Assembly: GCA_964035545.1 (NCBI GenBank)
Contig: OZ037765.1
Coordinates: 23,249,504 to 23,313,503 of the forward strand
Direction: 5' to 3'
DNA from: Bugula neritina
Lineage: Eukaryota > Animalia > Bryozoa
DNA length: 64,000 nucleotides
Below are positions 13,074-27,300 of this stretch, piece by piece. The position numbers and the translations under genes are program-made. Under the pieces are notes generated by a model, which was not told the origin of the DNA, did no database searches, and worked only from the letters and a program-made list of their open reading frames with translations. Every line of letters begins with the position of its first letter. Positions within the stretch are counted from its first letter, which is position 1.

Positions 13074-15553
13074 TTACTCCATATCACTGTTATCACTGGA
13101 TGAACTAATAATGTCGTCTTCATTGGGTAACACAGCTGTTGGCACACTCTTCATACTTTGCTTGCAGTTCTTCAACAATCTCTGTCTAGCGGCTTTAGCC
13201 TGGCGGAAAACATTGCAGCTGTTAGTTGTTTATGCAATATAACAGGAGACTTAGCTTGAAGCATATCAATACAGACTAGTAACCTGACTATCCAGTTTCA
13301 TTCACCCAACAATGACTGGATGAAATTGATTTTCAAGCTTTTTCATGATTCCTTTTAAATGTAAAATCTTATTACGAAGTTCGTTTTAGGATAAATGAAA
13401 TGTCAACAGTTGGAAACGAAAAGTTTTTTTTTCAATATGATATGGTACAGTATAAGTTCAGGAATAACGCATAAACCCTGTAGAATTGTGTACCCACCTC
13501 TTGCATGATGTACTGAAGCTGAGCTGGATCCTGCTCGGGGATTCCATCGTCCTCATCAGATTCTTCATTTTCCTTCCATCCCAACTCTTGTAGAAACCTG
13601 TGAAACAATGTGCATGTTGTAGGGCATATAATGCAAGCTGATGAAATATCTGTTTGGGCAAAGAACAATCACGATTCAAGTTCTATGAGACCTATTTATT
13701 GCCTACATACTGAAATTCTTGTAATTGTCAGTCTATTTCGCATAAACTTAGCCACAATTAATTACTGCAATAATGCAGACGTACTTTTTTTCCTTGTCTA
13801 AAGAGCTGGAAAGATTAGAAAGAGTTGAAGGGCCGGTTGGTGAGTTTAGCCCATCATTTTCTTTGCCAGGTATTGTTGATGCAGTCACACTACTAGAAGT
13901 ACTTGTGACGCTGCCATTACTTATAGGTATGACATTACTGCGCTTAACCGGTTTGACTTGAGCTCTGTATACATTCTTTCCACTCATTTTGCTTGTTAAT
14001 ACTGTAAGTATGAAAGGTATATATGAATGGTCTCATTCAGAAGTCTAATAACTAGGGTAAAGATTAAAACGAGCAAAATAACATAAGAAACTTAAATAAA
14101 ATTTCTAGTGAAGTTTTTGAAAGAAGTGGACACTTAAATATTATATTTTTAATGTGTCTACAGCATATAATTTTTGTGATTTGTATGTATATATAATGCT
14201 TATAGCAAAATGTACATAACAAACTAGAGTTAGAAGTATGTAGGAAGTGATAAAGGGAACACAATAACAATGCTTCATCTTCAATAGATGTCATTATTAA
14301 AAAAATTAAAGGGCTGCAACAAGAGAAAATAAGAAAATACTTTTATAGTTATTTGAAAAAAAGGAGAAGACAACTTACAATTATCAGCCTGGGAGTTGGC
14401 GGTACTTTTGATCGAGTCATTTTTAGCACGAGCTTGGATTCTCCATTGAGCAGTTTTAGTGGCGTGATTAGAGTGAGGGGCAGCTGCTGAGGGGCCACTG
14501 CGTAGAACTGGGAAATCTTCTTCCAGCGGAGGGTTGACGGTGCCCGCAGTGCTAGTGCCAGCCTGACTCCTCGCTAAGATGTCATTATAGCTACCAGTTG
14601 ACTGTAAATATCAACAACATCTAACACGTCACTAGTTAATATAATCTTTGAAAATTATTCAATTTTGAAAGATGATCCTTGAGAGTTCAAAATTCCTGAG
14701 TCATAGAAGCAGTCCTAAATTATAAAGACAAGAATTACAAAACTAAATTATTCCGTTATACAAGCAAAAGACAGCTATAAACCTCTAGAACGACATTTAC
14801 CACCCTTAGTAGTGACCAATCATTCAATTTCTTTTTGACTACCTAGGAATTATGAGTTTCAGGAACTGCCTTTTACTAAGCATTAAAATAAGGAGACAGT
14901 TAGCAAGCTTGCTATATTCAGCTTTCTTTTATCAGATGGTACATCTCAGCTTTGGTGACTAACAACAGTTATTGTCATTTGGTACTTACTTGAGATCTTT
15001 GTACATGTGGTGCGTTCTGTTGTGTAACTGGACCAGAAGGAGAACTTCTACTGTGGTAACTATTATATGAATTTAGCTGAGGTCTACCAGGTCTGTAGTG
15101 GTGCGTGTGCCCACTGCCCGCAGGCGAGTGTGGTTGAGAAGATGCTATATGACTACTGGAGTGATAGCTATTGGTGGAGTTGGACTGCTGATGGCCAATA
15201 CCTAAGCTTTGCGAGTGATAAGGTGGAGTGGACGAACTTCCACTGCTACTAATACTATTAGTGTTCACTGAAAGCGGATTACTATGTCTTGGGTGTACAG
15301 GGTGGTTTGAGCCGTTGCTGTTATTATAAGAATTGTCTGCTTTTCTGATCTAGAATAAAATGATTTTTTTCGTGAGTAAAAATAGCACTAATGCAAATTA
15401 ATATAAAATACCATTTAAATTACTAAAAACTCCAATCCAAAGGTTTTTCCAGCAACTTATACTAATCTAAAAGTGGAACGCTACCTGAGTCTGCTCTGGA
15501 AGCTTCAGCCAAGAGGGTGCAAAGTCAATGGATCTGTTTGGTGGATGTGCCAT
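13074..15553 (-). CDS. GPBP1: Vasculin / GPBP1-like protein. Exons approx. 15553-15485, 15349-14990, 14602-14379, 14002-13784, 13597-13497, 13200-13074; probable 5'UTR exons further right
   Basis: N-terminus MAHPPNRSIDFAPSWLKLP matches the vasculin DFAPAWL motif. C-terminal LSSSLDKEKK|FLQELGWKE matches the SSSLEAEHRLLKEMGWQE block. Acidic Ser-rich tail; GT-AG junctions. Confidence 0.75.
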
Positions 15554-17179
15554 CAATGAACTCTCATCTCTTCTGAGTTTTCTTCAACACTAAACAAAGC
15601 ATTAACTGAGTAATAATCTAATCTTAATCAATATCGGATGTAAATCTAATTTAGACGCCAACAGACCACATGCAGGACAATATCTACCACACATTAAACA
15701 ACCATTTGAATATTATGAGGCTTCAAAATAGCAAGCATATTGTGTAGAAGGGAAAATAAAGATGACAATTTAGTACTTATTGGTTAATTTTACAAATTTT
15801 ACTCACCATTTTCAAGCAAAGTCAGGATACTGGATGGCTATATGTGTCTAGAAGAAAGTGCAGAAAAAAAGCCCAACAGCAAAAAAGTTATTTTTATAAA
15901 TTTCTCAGAAGTCTAACAACTGGAAAACTTAAATGTGGAAATGTTAACATGAAACTTAATCTTGGGTTTTCAAGCACACAAAATAAGTTCTTTCTTGTGA
16001 ATCAGTTGACAATCTAAAAATATAAACAATGAAATATGCCTAGCCATGTTTCCAACATGTATATACATGTACACCGAATAACATACTCACAATTGAAAAA
16101 GCAATAATGATGTTGTTTCAAGACATTGTAGACTATTACCTTTTTTAACCAAGCTAACTGCTGTTGCAATGAATTTCTAAGTAGATGAAACAAATACAAA
16201 GGTAATAAGAACATATCTTGTCTTTCTATATGAAGTGAAAACTGAAGAACTTGCTATATTATTAGGGCTATAATATTTCTATCTCTAATCAATAAAGCAA
16301 TAAAAATATGGTACTAGCAATGGTCAGTTTTATAACCAAATAACTGAAAATCTCTCAAACTACCTTCTGTAAGTTTTATAAAAACTCACTTAACAAAGTC
16401 TATCCAAACTAGTAAATAATTCTCACCGTCACAACTATAATTATAAAAACTGGACAGAGTCCGTGACTTGTTTATGCTGTTAATCTAAACGCTTGAAAAT
16501 TGAGTCACTTCGTTTAAGTTATAGCTAATTGCTTAAACTAAGCTTAATTGACATGAAGATTTTGACTGACTTGCAAGAAGTCTTGACAGTAGTGGAAGTC
16601 AAATTATATTAATTATTTTTAGAGTTGATAGAAAATTTTCAGATTTCTGCTCTTGACATAATTTAACTATCTTAATTTTATTCCAGTGGAAATTTCACAG
16701 AATTCAATTTAATGCTGCCAGAAAGATTTGATGACTCTTATACCAAAATTATTTTTTTAATTAGGAGAATTATTTACATTGACATTACATTGGTTAAAAA
16801 TAAATATAAAATTAACACAAACAAGTTTCAAGTTACTCACATGTCTATTGAGTATGAAGTTGATTGTTTTGCCACTTATTTGAATAAACAACTTACGGCA
16901 GCTTTTTCGTTTCTGAAAGAAGAATAATATTTTACTGTCACTATGATTTGACTTAAATTGAATTTCAACACTAAAAACTTTGACTAAGCAGCACTAAACG
17001 TTAAACATACACATCGTAATTGATAATCACAAAGTATATCGGGTTGAGACCTTAAAGAACAATATCAATGATCACTACGAATCAAAAACTCAAACAAGTA
17101 AAATACGGTAATATGTCATAACTTAATACCTAATATCAAATTTCATACAAAAGTGAATTATGACTATAATATACAGCAG

Positions 17180-17335
17180 AAGGTCTGGCTCAGTAAACAC
17201 AAGGTCAGGGGTTCAATCCCTTGGAAGGGCATTCAGTCATAATTTCTCCTTTGCCACAATAGTGCAAACGTCGCTAGCCCGCTTAAAAAACTTTTTCAAT
17301 CAGGGGTTTTCATTGGGACGGCAACTATAAACCCA
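17180..17335 (+). mobile_element. tRNA-derived SINE, related to 1630-1815
   Basis: ggttcaatccc B-box followed by GGAAGGGCATTCAGTCATAA; collinear with the 1.6-kb copy. Confidence 0.5.
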
Positions 17336-18414
17336 TGCATGTTTTATTACCATCTGACTAACTTTAATGCTTAATAGTTTAAGCACGTATTAGTGTAAGT
17401 ATCACTAAGTTTAGCATCAGTAAATCAAAATGCAATGCATATCCAAACAGTGATGGTAATTTATGGTCATATTGCTGTTGTTAGCAATAATGCACACTCA
17501 ATAATTATTCAGTGTTCAATTATTTTACTAAAGAGTCCTTGGATTACCAAAAATCATGAATTACTATTAGTATTAGCAAAGCCAAATGCAATACACTTGT
17601 TAATTTATTTAGGTATCAAACTTCAACTTAAAGTTGACCATCAGGATTCAGGAGTGTTCAGCCATAAAATTAAAAGAGTTGAAGCACCACTCAAAGAATC
17701 GATTTTCATTCTGATTCTCAATGTGAATTTCAATTTGATTTTGTCATCAAGTTCAATTCAAAGCTTACAACAAGCCTGACTGGCAGTTTCCCTTTGACTT
17801 TCAGTTTTACCTTCAGACTGAGAGTCACAGGGACTATAACTATGCCTATTAGTCTGCTTCACCCTCACAGTCACTTTCAATTTTACTTTTAATTATAGTG
17901 AGAAATTTATGTACTATCAGTGTAAGTATGACTAATACTACTGCTATTACTATTACTAATAGTGGTAATTTCTATTAGATTTAGCATTACTGTTACAGTT
18001 GATCTTGATTGGGTTAAGTCCCAAGACCGCTCGGAGAGAGCAGTGTTACTAGCAAAAGAACATTTGGTATAAGACTAAGAGTAAAACTAAAAAGTAGTCT
18101 TAGAGCTAGTATGACTTTTGTTCAGTTCCAGGATTAAATTCCCACAATTACTTTGACTTTGTCACAACGACTATAATTATTAAGATTACTATTACTGTTA
18201 GTATCAGTATCACTATGGTACTGATAGTGACTATCAGTATCACTATCACATTCTTATTCACTTTCAGAGATTCACATTGACTGAATGCGACTATTATTAT
18301 TATAATAATTATTATTATTAAATTTAGTGATTTACTCATTGACAGTAATTTAGTTTTTATAAGATTTCAGTACAGTACGAATATCAATTTCAAATTACAA
18401 AAAAATTTTAAATT

Positions 18415-18620
18415 ACTAGTATTACTACTTCACTAGTACTAGTAGTAGTAGTAGTACACTGTACAGTAGCACTAGTACTACTATAAGTATAAGCATACCT
18501 AGTACTGTACTAGTAGTAGTACTTATCTTGCACTTGGTCTTATGTACCAGTACTGCTAGTAGTAGTACTAGTAGTAGTAGTACTACTACTAGTACTAGTA
18601 CTACTAGTACTACTACGAAG
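18415..18620. repeat. AGT/ACT-rich low-complexity tract (tagtag/tactac/agtact)
   Basis: Directly visible; lies upstream of the GPBP1-like coding region. Confidence 0.85.
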
Positions 18621-19126
18621 TAATCATTTTCATAGTGATACTGATAGTGATAGCGTTTTTAAACGCCAATTTTCAATGCATACAAACCTGAGTTGGCTTT
18701 GTTGGCAAATTAAGTCTTCAGATCAATATTGTTAAAACTCAAGTTAAGAACTAGAAATTCAGTTGTCAAGAATATCAATATGAATACAAATTCACTTCAA
18801 GACTAAGGACAAAAGTAAATCACGGTCCCTCTTTAAAATCGTTATTTAGAATTTGACCTTGACCTTCTAGTTCTAGCGACATCTACAATTTAGAAGTGAT
18901 AACTCCCGAATGGTTTACTTTTGTTTTTAGGCATAACAATAATGTACCAAGATATTGCTATAATTAAACAAACTGATTTGTCAATTGAGAACCACCAATT
19001 TATTCTAATATGCAATTATTACACTTATAATTTAATATTAATTTCTTTTATTTTTGTCCACAGTGTGTCTCTCATGTGAAAACTTACATATTATACTGTG
19101 TGTGTGTGTGCGTGTGCGTGTGCGTG

Positions 19127-20922
19127 CAGGGATGTAGTGGCAAAAATATTCTTGGCCATACTCTCAGGCCGGGGGTCCAGGGGGCCGCCCAGGCCCCCGG
19201 CGGGGTCCGGGGCAGCGCCCCGGCCGCCGAAGCCCTCAGAGCGCTTCTGATGCAAATTTATGCAATTTAAAGCCATTGTGAACTCTAATTCTTCTGAAAA
19301 AAATCTGTGTTGAAATGTGCACCTCACTATTATTTTCATACCATACCAGCTACATGACGACTGGGCATTGCTGCAAACTATATAAATATATAGTATTGTC
19401 CCATACCTGTTGACTGTAATTTTAAATGTAGTCTTACTCAATTGACACTAAGTCCAACCTGTACAGAAAAATTGCTGAAGATCTCAAAAAGATGGAAGGA
19501 TAGAGACAGGTAACAAGTGCTCTCCAAATGTAACCTGATTACTTCAAATATCTAATACACTGACGTGCACAGAAAAAAAATTATAGAACAGAACAGAGGA
19601 AGATTGCAAATTAGAAAATGTGTGTTGGTTATTTATAAAGAGCAATTTGAATTGATAACTCATTGGCAAGCAGAAATTGGTTGAAAACCTAGTTGGAGTT
19701 TATTAGAGTGTACTAGTCTAATCCATAAGGAGATACCACCGCACCTCCTTGCACACAATAAAGCACACCAAAGAAGAGTATGTTAACTTGGTTTTAAAGT
19801 AAAACCCCTGAGCTTCCACTAGACACATCAAGGAAATATACCCCAAAAGAACAAATTTGACAGGTTCAATATGTGTTAACCTAGAAGATGATAAAATGTA
19901 AAGCCAGGTGTTAGTACAATCAAACATAAAAGGTTACTTATGGTGGTGTACAGTTTGCAAAACCTCATTGCATTGATAATTAACATGCAATAACTTTAGG
20001 TTTTTGACCAAAATGTGGATATAGTACCTGTAGACCTCAGTGATAAGTTTTCATTAACCTCTCCTACACACCTGGTACTGTTTCCTGAAGACATTTTGAT
20101 TTTATTTCTGGATTTCATGTTGGTTTTTTTCCAAATTTCATTGCTTATTGACAAAATGCAAGTCCACACAAGATAAATAATGGCAACTTTCTAGCTGACA
20201 CTGCCTTGCTGAGGCCACATTATTGGTATATTATAAGAATTTAGTCCCGCCAAATAAAACCATACTTAATTGTGCTAGAGTTAAAATTTAAAAACTATGT
20301 TTTAGATCTTCCTGTTCCTCAGAGCACCTGATTTTTCGAATTTTCAATATTTTTTTTGCAAGGTTATAGACAAAAATCTACTATTTTGGCTAATTTTACC
20401 TGAAAAGTTTATTTTTCAAACCCTGCCAAATATCTCAGCAGGAAAGCATAGTATTCGAATAAAACAAACACTGTCGAAAACCTGAGAAATTTATGCATAG
20501 CAAACTTTTTTATCTTTTCAATAGCCTTCATAGATTTTCTAAAAATTAGTGATTTATACACTGAAAATGAAATATTTTTTCCTTAGTAATCACTAATGCG
20601 CAGGACTTCGCGCTTCAGTGAATACGTAGAGATGAGAAGATGGAATGTTGATAGCTGCTTATTATTCATAGTATAATCTCAGGCTAAACAATCACAAGTA
20701 GGCAACACGCATGCCACCCACATAGCATTAACATAACAAGAACTTACACTAGACTGTGAGCGAAATTTATGATGTTCTCAGTGAGGATGCCCTAACTATC
20801 CTGTGCACTAATCAGTAACACTTTCAAAAAATATATGCCCATACGGGCGTATGGCCAAGAACAGCCTATTTTCTTCTAGGCCATACGGCGTATGGGACCG
20901 TATGGGTACCACTACATCCCTG
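19127..20922. mobile_element. Non-autonomous or decayed hAT DNA transposon
   Basis: TIR CAGGGATGTAGTGG...CCACTACATCCCTG with an exact 8-bp TSD TGTGCGTG on both sides. GC-rich subterminal block at 19170-19230 and repeated ccatac motifs. No intact transposase. Confidence 0.88.
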
Positions 20923-21162
20923 TGTGCGTGTATGTGTGCGTGTGCGTGTGCGTGTGCGTGTGCGTGTGCGTGTGCGTGTGCGTGTGTTTATATACTATAT
21001 TTATTATTTTTACTGCATCAATTAAATTATTTTAGCTTATATATAAGTATAGCATGTTATATTTACATTATACCCACCGGGACAGGCAGAACCACCATTT
21101 GATGCTCATTGTAACCAGAAAACTGATTGGGGTAAATTGGCTGTAACTAATAATATAAGATT

Positions 21163-24100
21163 TAGTCTAGAAGTAACCTCAAATTATCTTTCACTCATCA
21201 CACTCCGAGGGGTGGCCACGCAATTTTTTTAGAAATGGAGAGTTTGAAGGGTCCTAATTAATCTGTGAAAACTCTAGACTGTTATGTGCACCCAGTTAGC
21301 CACAAAAGCGCTTCAAACTTTTAAAATGAATCAGGAGTTGCCTTCTCTTAACGTTTTTGTGAATAGGCTAAATATCTTGGAATTATTCAAGCTAATTTAT
21401 TTTATATAAGCAAGATCATTTTGCTGATAATTATAGATACTCTTTTCAATTTTCTGTTATAAAAACTCTAAATTGTTTTGTCCACCCAGTTAGTCACAAA
21501 AGCTCTTTAAAACTTTACAGGAGTTGTTTCCCCACAACTTTGTCCAAATCCATTAAATATTATCTTGAAATTATTGAAGCTAGTTTATTATATATACAAG
21601 CAAAAACTTTTGCAGATAAGCATAGATGTGTTTTTCACTTCTCAGAGTTTAATTCTAGTGATTTTCTTGTGAAAACATCTGAAAAAAAGTGGACTCTATG
21701 GACGAAAATAAGCAAAGGAATGGGTTTTCTAGTTATAAGGCAAACATTATTATAGATCAGCTATAAAAAAGCTGAATTGTAAGTAAATCTGTGTCTGATA
21801 ATGATTTTCTACACGATTTTTATTATAATAATTATTTTTACAAAAAAGTAATGAGAAGCATGGGTAGGTTGGTCTGGACTCCGGAAAATAATATTTTAAA
21901 TGTGTATGATTGAGCTTTGCCAATAAATTTAAGCTGAACTATATATAAATGAGCAATTTGGTTTTTAAAACAATGCTATCGATTAAAATGCATATTTTTA
22001 TACTATCTTGATATAATGGCTCTAGATTCAATTTAGCTCACTTATAGTTACAGAAAAAATACCCTAAAGCTTCCCTATAATTTAAAATATATATGATTAT
22101 ATTTAGGCCATCCATTAGAAAATGATCTTGAGCTGCCTTATTCAAAGATCACAGGCATGTACTTTCTTCATGTGTGCCATTTGTCACAAAAATAATAATT
22201 TCTTATTAGCAAATAAAACAAGCTCAGTTTGAGACTGGTGCACTTTTGTGTGAAACATGGAGTAAAAATATTTTAGAGAACAATATTATTATTATAGTTG
22301 TTGCATACCAAAAAAAATGCAGTTAGCTAGAATTTTTTGAACATGGTGGCATTTTTAAGAAAGCAGAACTCAAATGCTTACAATTAGATCATAGGGAAGC
22401 AGATACACAAACTTTGTTACATGAAAAATATCTTATGAACATCATAAGCCCAAGTGTAATAATCAAATCTCAAGACACTGATGTCTCGCTATTTGCAAAA
22501 CATTACCTTCTTACCAATTATATTTTTTCACGGGTGTGGTAATTTTGGTGTCATGCCAGATAGAGGCTAGGCTAAGTTTCCTACTTAGACGCTAGTTATT
22601 TATTTTGGTAAAATGTATTTTCATGTGCAACTTATTTTAATATCATTGAAATATATGTATAATTAAATAAATTTGGATCAATTGCTTGTTATTTAGCACA
22701 TAAATAAATTCCTTTGATCCACATTAACTTATTAATTTTATATATTTTATACATCTTGCCTGTTGTTTGAAAAGATATTTTGTTAAGAAGTATCACCTAA
22801 AGATAGTGTCTATTATTAATGTATTACTACTTTTTGTCCCACACAAATTCGTAAAAATAATAGAATATTATTCTAGATAATTCATCTTAGCTACTATAGC
22901 TATTAGCATATTAGCTATTTAGCAATCAATACAACAGTTATATAGGTAATATTAATATATATGGTACGAAATAAAAATATTGTCCATCTGGGAGGAAACC
23001 ATAATCATATTAGGTATTTGAATATTAACATTGCAGCAAATAAATCCAGACTGCAATTGTGTGCAGCGCTTACTAGATTTCATGCTTTAACAGGTTGTGA
23101 TTTGACTATAGTGCTTTTTATGGAAAAGGATAGCGCACAGCCTACTCTCCTTTGAGAAAATATCCTGAATGTACAGGAAGCTTTGAACACTTCGAGAAGT
23201 ATTTCAAGCTGTCAGCCGTTACAGTGGCTGAAGTAGAACAATTTGTCTATAAACTTTATGGAGCAGGAAATTCACAGATAGATGATGTCCGATATAATGT
23301 ATTTTGTTCACCATCTAAAATAACTCAATGCAGTTTGCCTCCAAGAAAAGAGTAGGTTATCAGGCAGCCATTTGGAGAAAGGTGAAAACAGCCTATATTG
23401 ATGCACCACCCCCAGAACATCATGGAAGGGTTGTTGAGAATCATGGCAACATAAATATAAAGTGGATGATTCAAGCTTCCGCACCTGAACATGTATATTG
23501 CAAAGTTTAAACTGCTCCTGTAAGACTAGCTGCAACATATCAAGATGTGGATGTCAGAAGTCTCAAATGCAGTACATGCACTGATGTTTGTCAATGTAAG
23601 GATTGTCTGAAAAGAAGGGCTATATTGGGGAAGAAGAAGCTGATGAAACTGACCTCAGTGACAATGATGGCGAGAATACTTTTTCATAATAAAGCACTAT
23701 TTTTAGACATTTGTTATATATTTTACTGCAACCAATTTGATTTTGATCATCTCTCATGCTTCTGTTTCTCTAAATAATTTTACAGAATCTTGTTGATTTT
23801 TGCAGATGTCTAACGGCTACTGACAGCTAGACTAGCAAATGATTCACTTGGGCTGTGCTCAAAAGATTTCAATATTTACTCATTTCAAGATTTATTTTAT
23901 GCTATAATTTTATAAATATAGTTTTTTCACACATCAGAATGACGTTGTTTTTATTTTTGTATAAATAGCTTGGTCATACAATTATTCTGCATGCTTATGC
24001 CCGCATGCAATATGGCGATTCATAGCAAACAAAACAATTATATAAACAACTTAGTTTCAATTTGAGATAGCGTCTTGCAGTCTTTAAATTCAGTATCAGC

Positions 24101-24397
24101 ATAGAATTCTATGTAAGAGGAAATTATTTTTGGTATTTCAGCAAATATTTTTTCTTCAAGATAGCTTGTTAAAATTGGATACTATTTTGCACAATCCACA
24201 TTTCTTTTTATCACCCATTCAAGATGTTGATTTGTTTTTTGCAATAACTTGAGTTTGGGTAGAGATAGGATTCTAGAGTTTGTAGATTCAGAATCAACAC
24301 AAAATTTTGATCTAGAAACAACTTTTTTTAAGTGGCCACCTAGTAAAGTGTAATAAGCCAATTTTTGAGCACTTTTTGGGAGGTTACTTCTAGACTA
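21163..24397 (+). mobile_element. Academ-superfamily (XPG-type) DNA transposon, internally deleted and decayed
   Basis: 18-bp perfect TIR TAGTCTAGAAGTAACCTC (TAG...CTA ends) with a 3-bp TSD ATT. Frameshifted coding relics DHREADT, IKSQDTDV, FHALTGCD, SLPP, YQAAIW and a terminal Cys-rich finger (22380-23610). ~190-bp subterminal direct duplication at 21290-21660. Confidence 0.82.
22546..23001. mobile_element. Small TIR element nested in the Academ coding relic
   Basis: Imperfect TIRs tggtgtcatgccagataga / tccatctgggaggaaacca. Removing it rejoins YFFTG...NHIRYLNI. TSD unclear. Confidence 0.55.
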
Positions 24398-27300
24398 ATT
24401 TAAATTTGTTAGCTTTATTTTGATATATAATTCAAAATTTTCATGACTCATTGCTATATTACATCATTTTGAATAATGCCAGGTCATAATAAAATATAAA
24501 TAGCTGTAATGATAAACCCTCCTTAGGAGATGTCTTTTACCAAGTAAATGTTGTTGCATAAACTTATCATCATTACCGATCATGTTTAAAACCGCTAATA
24601 TGTGAAAGCAAAGTCTCGTATAGTAGAAATCCCTCACAAGCCGACCACATAGTTTGAAACAGTCATGGCAGCACAGGCACCAGATTATTATTATTATTAT
24701 TATGCCGTTCCTTACATCATGAATGGCCTTTTTATAGATTCAAACCCACGACCTTACCACTTACTTCTCATAGTTTTTATGCTAATGATATCACATTGGA
24801 AGCAGCCACACACTTTCCTTTCTTTTCGGAAAAAGCTGAGGTGAGAGTAGGAAAAAGGATATGTGCTAGGCATAATGCTTATAGCAGCATGTATATTATA
24901 TTTTGTAGTCATGAGACTAAACTCCTAAAATCATTGGAAAAAACTTACAATTTTATAGTCTACCCATGATGTATTCTAGAATTAGCTTATAATATTGATA
25001 ATAAAAATACAAGTTGGATTTATCTAGTGTTATACATGCAATTATCAACTAGAGGTATATGGTACAAGTTTTATTTTACACCCTCCTAGATTTGTTTTAG
25101 GTCATTTTTAATATTTATGGCAAAAATGCATATATTTTTATTATTTTATGTTTATATTGTATGTTTATGTTTGAACTATTGGTAAAAATACTGGCAACCA
25201 TTATCCCACTTATAGAATATTTTTTTTATTCCCACAGAAATATTCGCATGATACAATATTCAAATAATATTTAGTGATTTGATTTTAAATCATGATTAAT
25301 AAAGCTTACAAAAATTTGATGCAGGTGCTAGTAAAAGAGTAATGGAAACAGCATAATGGTTATATTGATCAAACAAAACTTAAATTCCAGATCTGACAAA
25401 ATTCACGACAAGTTTCCTTTCAATTCCAATAAAAATAAAATTACTACGTGATTTTATTGGAATTGAATGTAACACACTAGACTAATAATAACATATGTAC
25501 ACGTAATAAAATAATATAGCATACTGGATCCAGAATATAAAATGATGTAATATATGTTGAAACTGAATAACACAATGCATTGCTGAGCATGTTTCCTCGT
25601 GTCACTGCATGTCACTGAGCAATGGCAAGACTGTATGCCATGATCTGATGAATCATACACCGAGTTATGCTGCAGTATTAGGTCCTGCAGACAGCTGTGA
25701 ATGTTGAGATTTGTTTTCTGGGTCATGCAGCATGTATTCTATAGGCTGTGGCTGCATGCATCACATATTGCCATATTGTCTTCGATATTAATGCTTCGGC
25801 ATGAATATAGGAAAGAAAGTACTGCTAATATTGTAAATTTTCACTTTTATCTTTTGATGTAAATTATAGCCATTAATTATTAGCAACAACATAATTATCA
25901 CACTATTTTTGCTGCAGTCAATGCAAAATATTATGAGATTCACACTTGCTATGAAGTAACACCTTTGGGCTAATATTAGCAGTTATCTGCACATGAAATT
26001 TTGGATTCTTGCTTTTCAACCTCATAACCCATTTTTAAAAGCCTTATATTTGCATATTTATATAATTTATTTTTAATTGATAGCTCTAAATCACAGTTAA
26101 TTAAGTTTCTAAAAGTTGGCTACAACAATCCCCATAACTTTAATTTCTGAAAGCTATTTGAACTATTACTTACTGCATTTTTGTGCTACATATTCTATAA
26201 AAACTTCCAGTTGTCACTATAAATTCATAAAAGACATTATTAGATGGTAGGACTAAAGTTTACTAAGATAGTATTTGTAAAACTCAAAGTATGAGGTTTT
26301 GATAGGAGCAGAATAGAGAGCTTTGCAATCTTACAAATCAGCAGGCATTGTTATGCTCCAGAGAACAATTAAACAATGCATGAATTAGAATTAGAATAAT
26401 CAATGGGTTTTTAAGATAGAAAGTAAACAAATAGTATAAAACTGAAAATACTAAAATTAATTCTGTGTGGTAACACATGCTAATGCTTTCAAAATCTTGT
26501 AAAAAAACTGAGTCAAAATAAAAAAAATTAGACTTTGCCCAAATTGTTTCTAGAAATAGTAGCAATATTCAAATTGAAATTATAGTTACAATGAGAAATA
26601 TTTCTATTAACTATCTCATGCAGAAGATCAATTGAATTGATCATAATATTTTATAGTATACTTTTTATGTTAGGTTTTGCTACTTTTTTTATTATATTAT
26701 GCACTCTATTGTGAAATTTAAAGGCTCTACATTTATTGGCCAAACTTGCTACATAGTCTTTGAGTTTTCTTTTGTAATCTAGTCATTCATGCAGTCATTC
26801 TTGTACTAATACAGCTTCTCACAGTGATTCTTGTACTCGTACAGTCACTGCTGTCAACCAATAAACAGCATTCTAGAATAATTTCGATAGAAATATCTGT
26901 TTAAACCAATGAACTAGAACTTATAGTTCAAAACAATGTATGCTATAAGATCCACAGTTCATTTAACTTGAAGTGTAAAGTTATCACATATACTCTAGAG
27001 CATAATTATTTCAAGTTGTAAAAGCAGCATAACAGAATGAATATCCAACAGTTAATTAGGCATTCAACGTTGCGTTTAGCGCAACGTTCTACTCAAATAG
27101 ATGATCACATCACGTGATTCTTGCCTATATACGCCACCCAACGACTGCAATAGTTGTCAATTCATTAATTAGATAACAGCACGCCCTCGCCCATTGGCTG
27201 TGGCTTTACGTCTTGGCAGCCCGGATGTTTCAGTGCAGACGTTGACCCTACAGTTAGTAGAATAGTAGCGCGCTAGCAATGCAAGTTCCATCGCATAAAT

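Noticed and set aside
25540-25800. Cys-rich exon-like relics (also 29090-29230, 46590-46930, 52860-53010)
   Set aside because: No open frame with consistent splice sites or a recognisable motif.
27066-27088. aacgttgcg-tttag-cgcaacgtt hairpin at the start of a GC-richer patch
   Set aside because: Probably part of a repeat, but no boundaries or second copy could be established.
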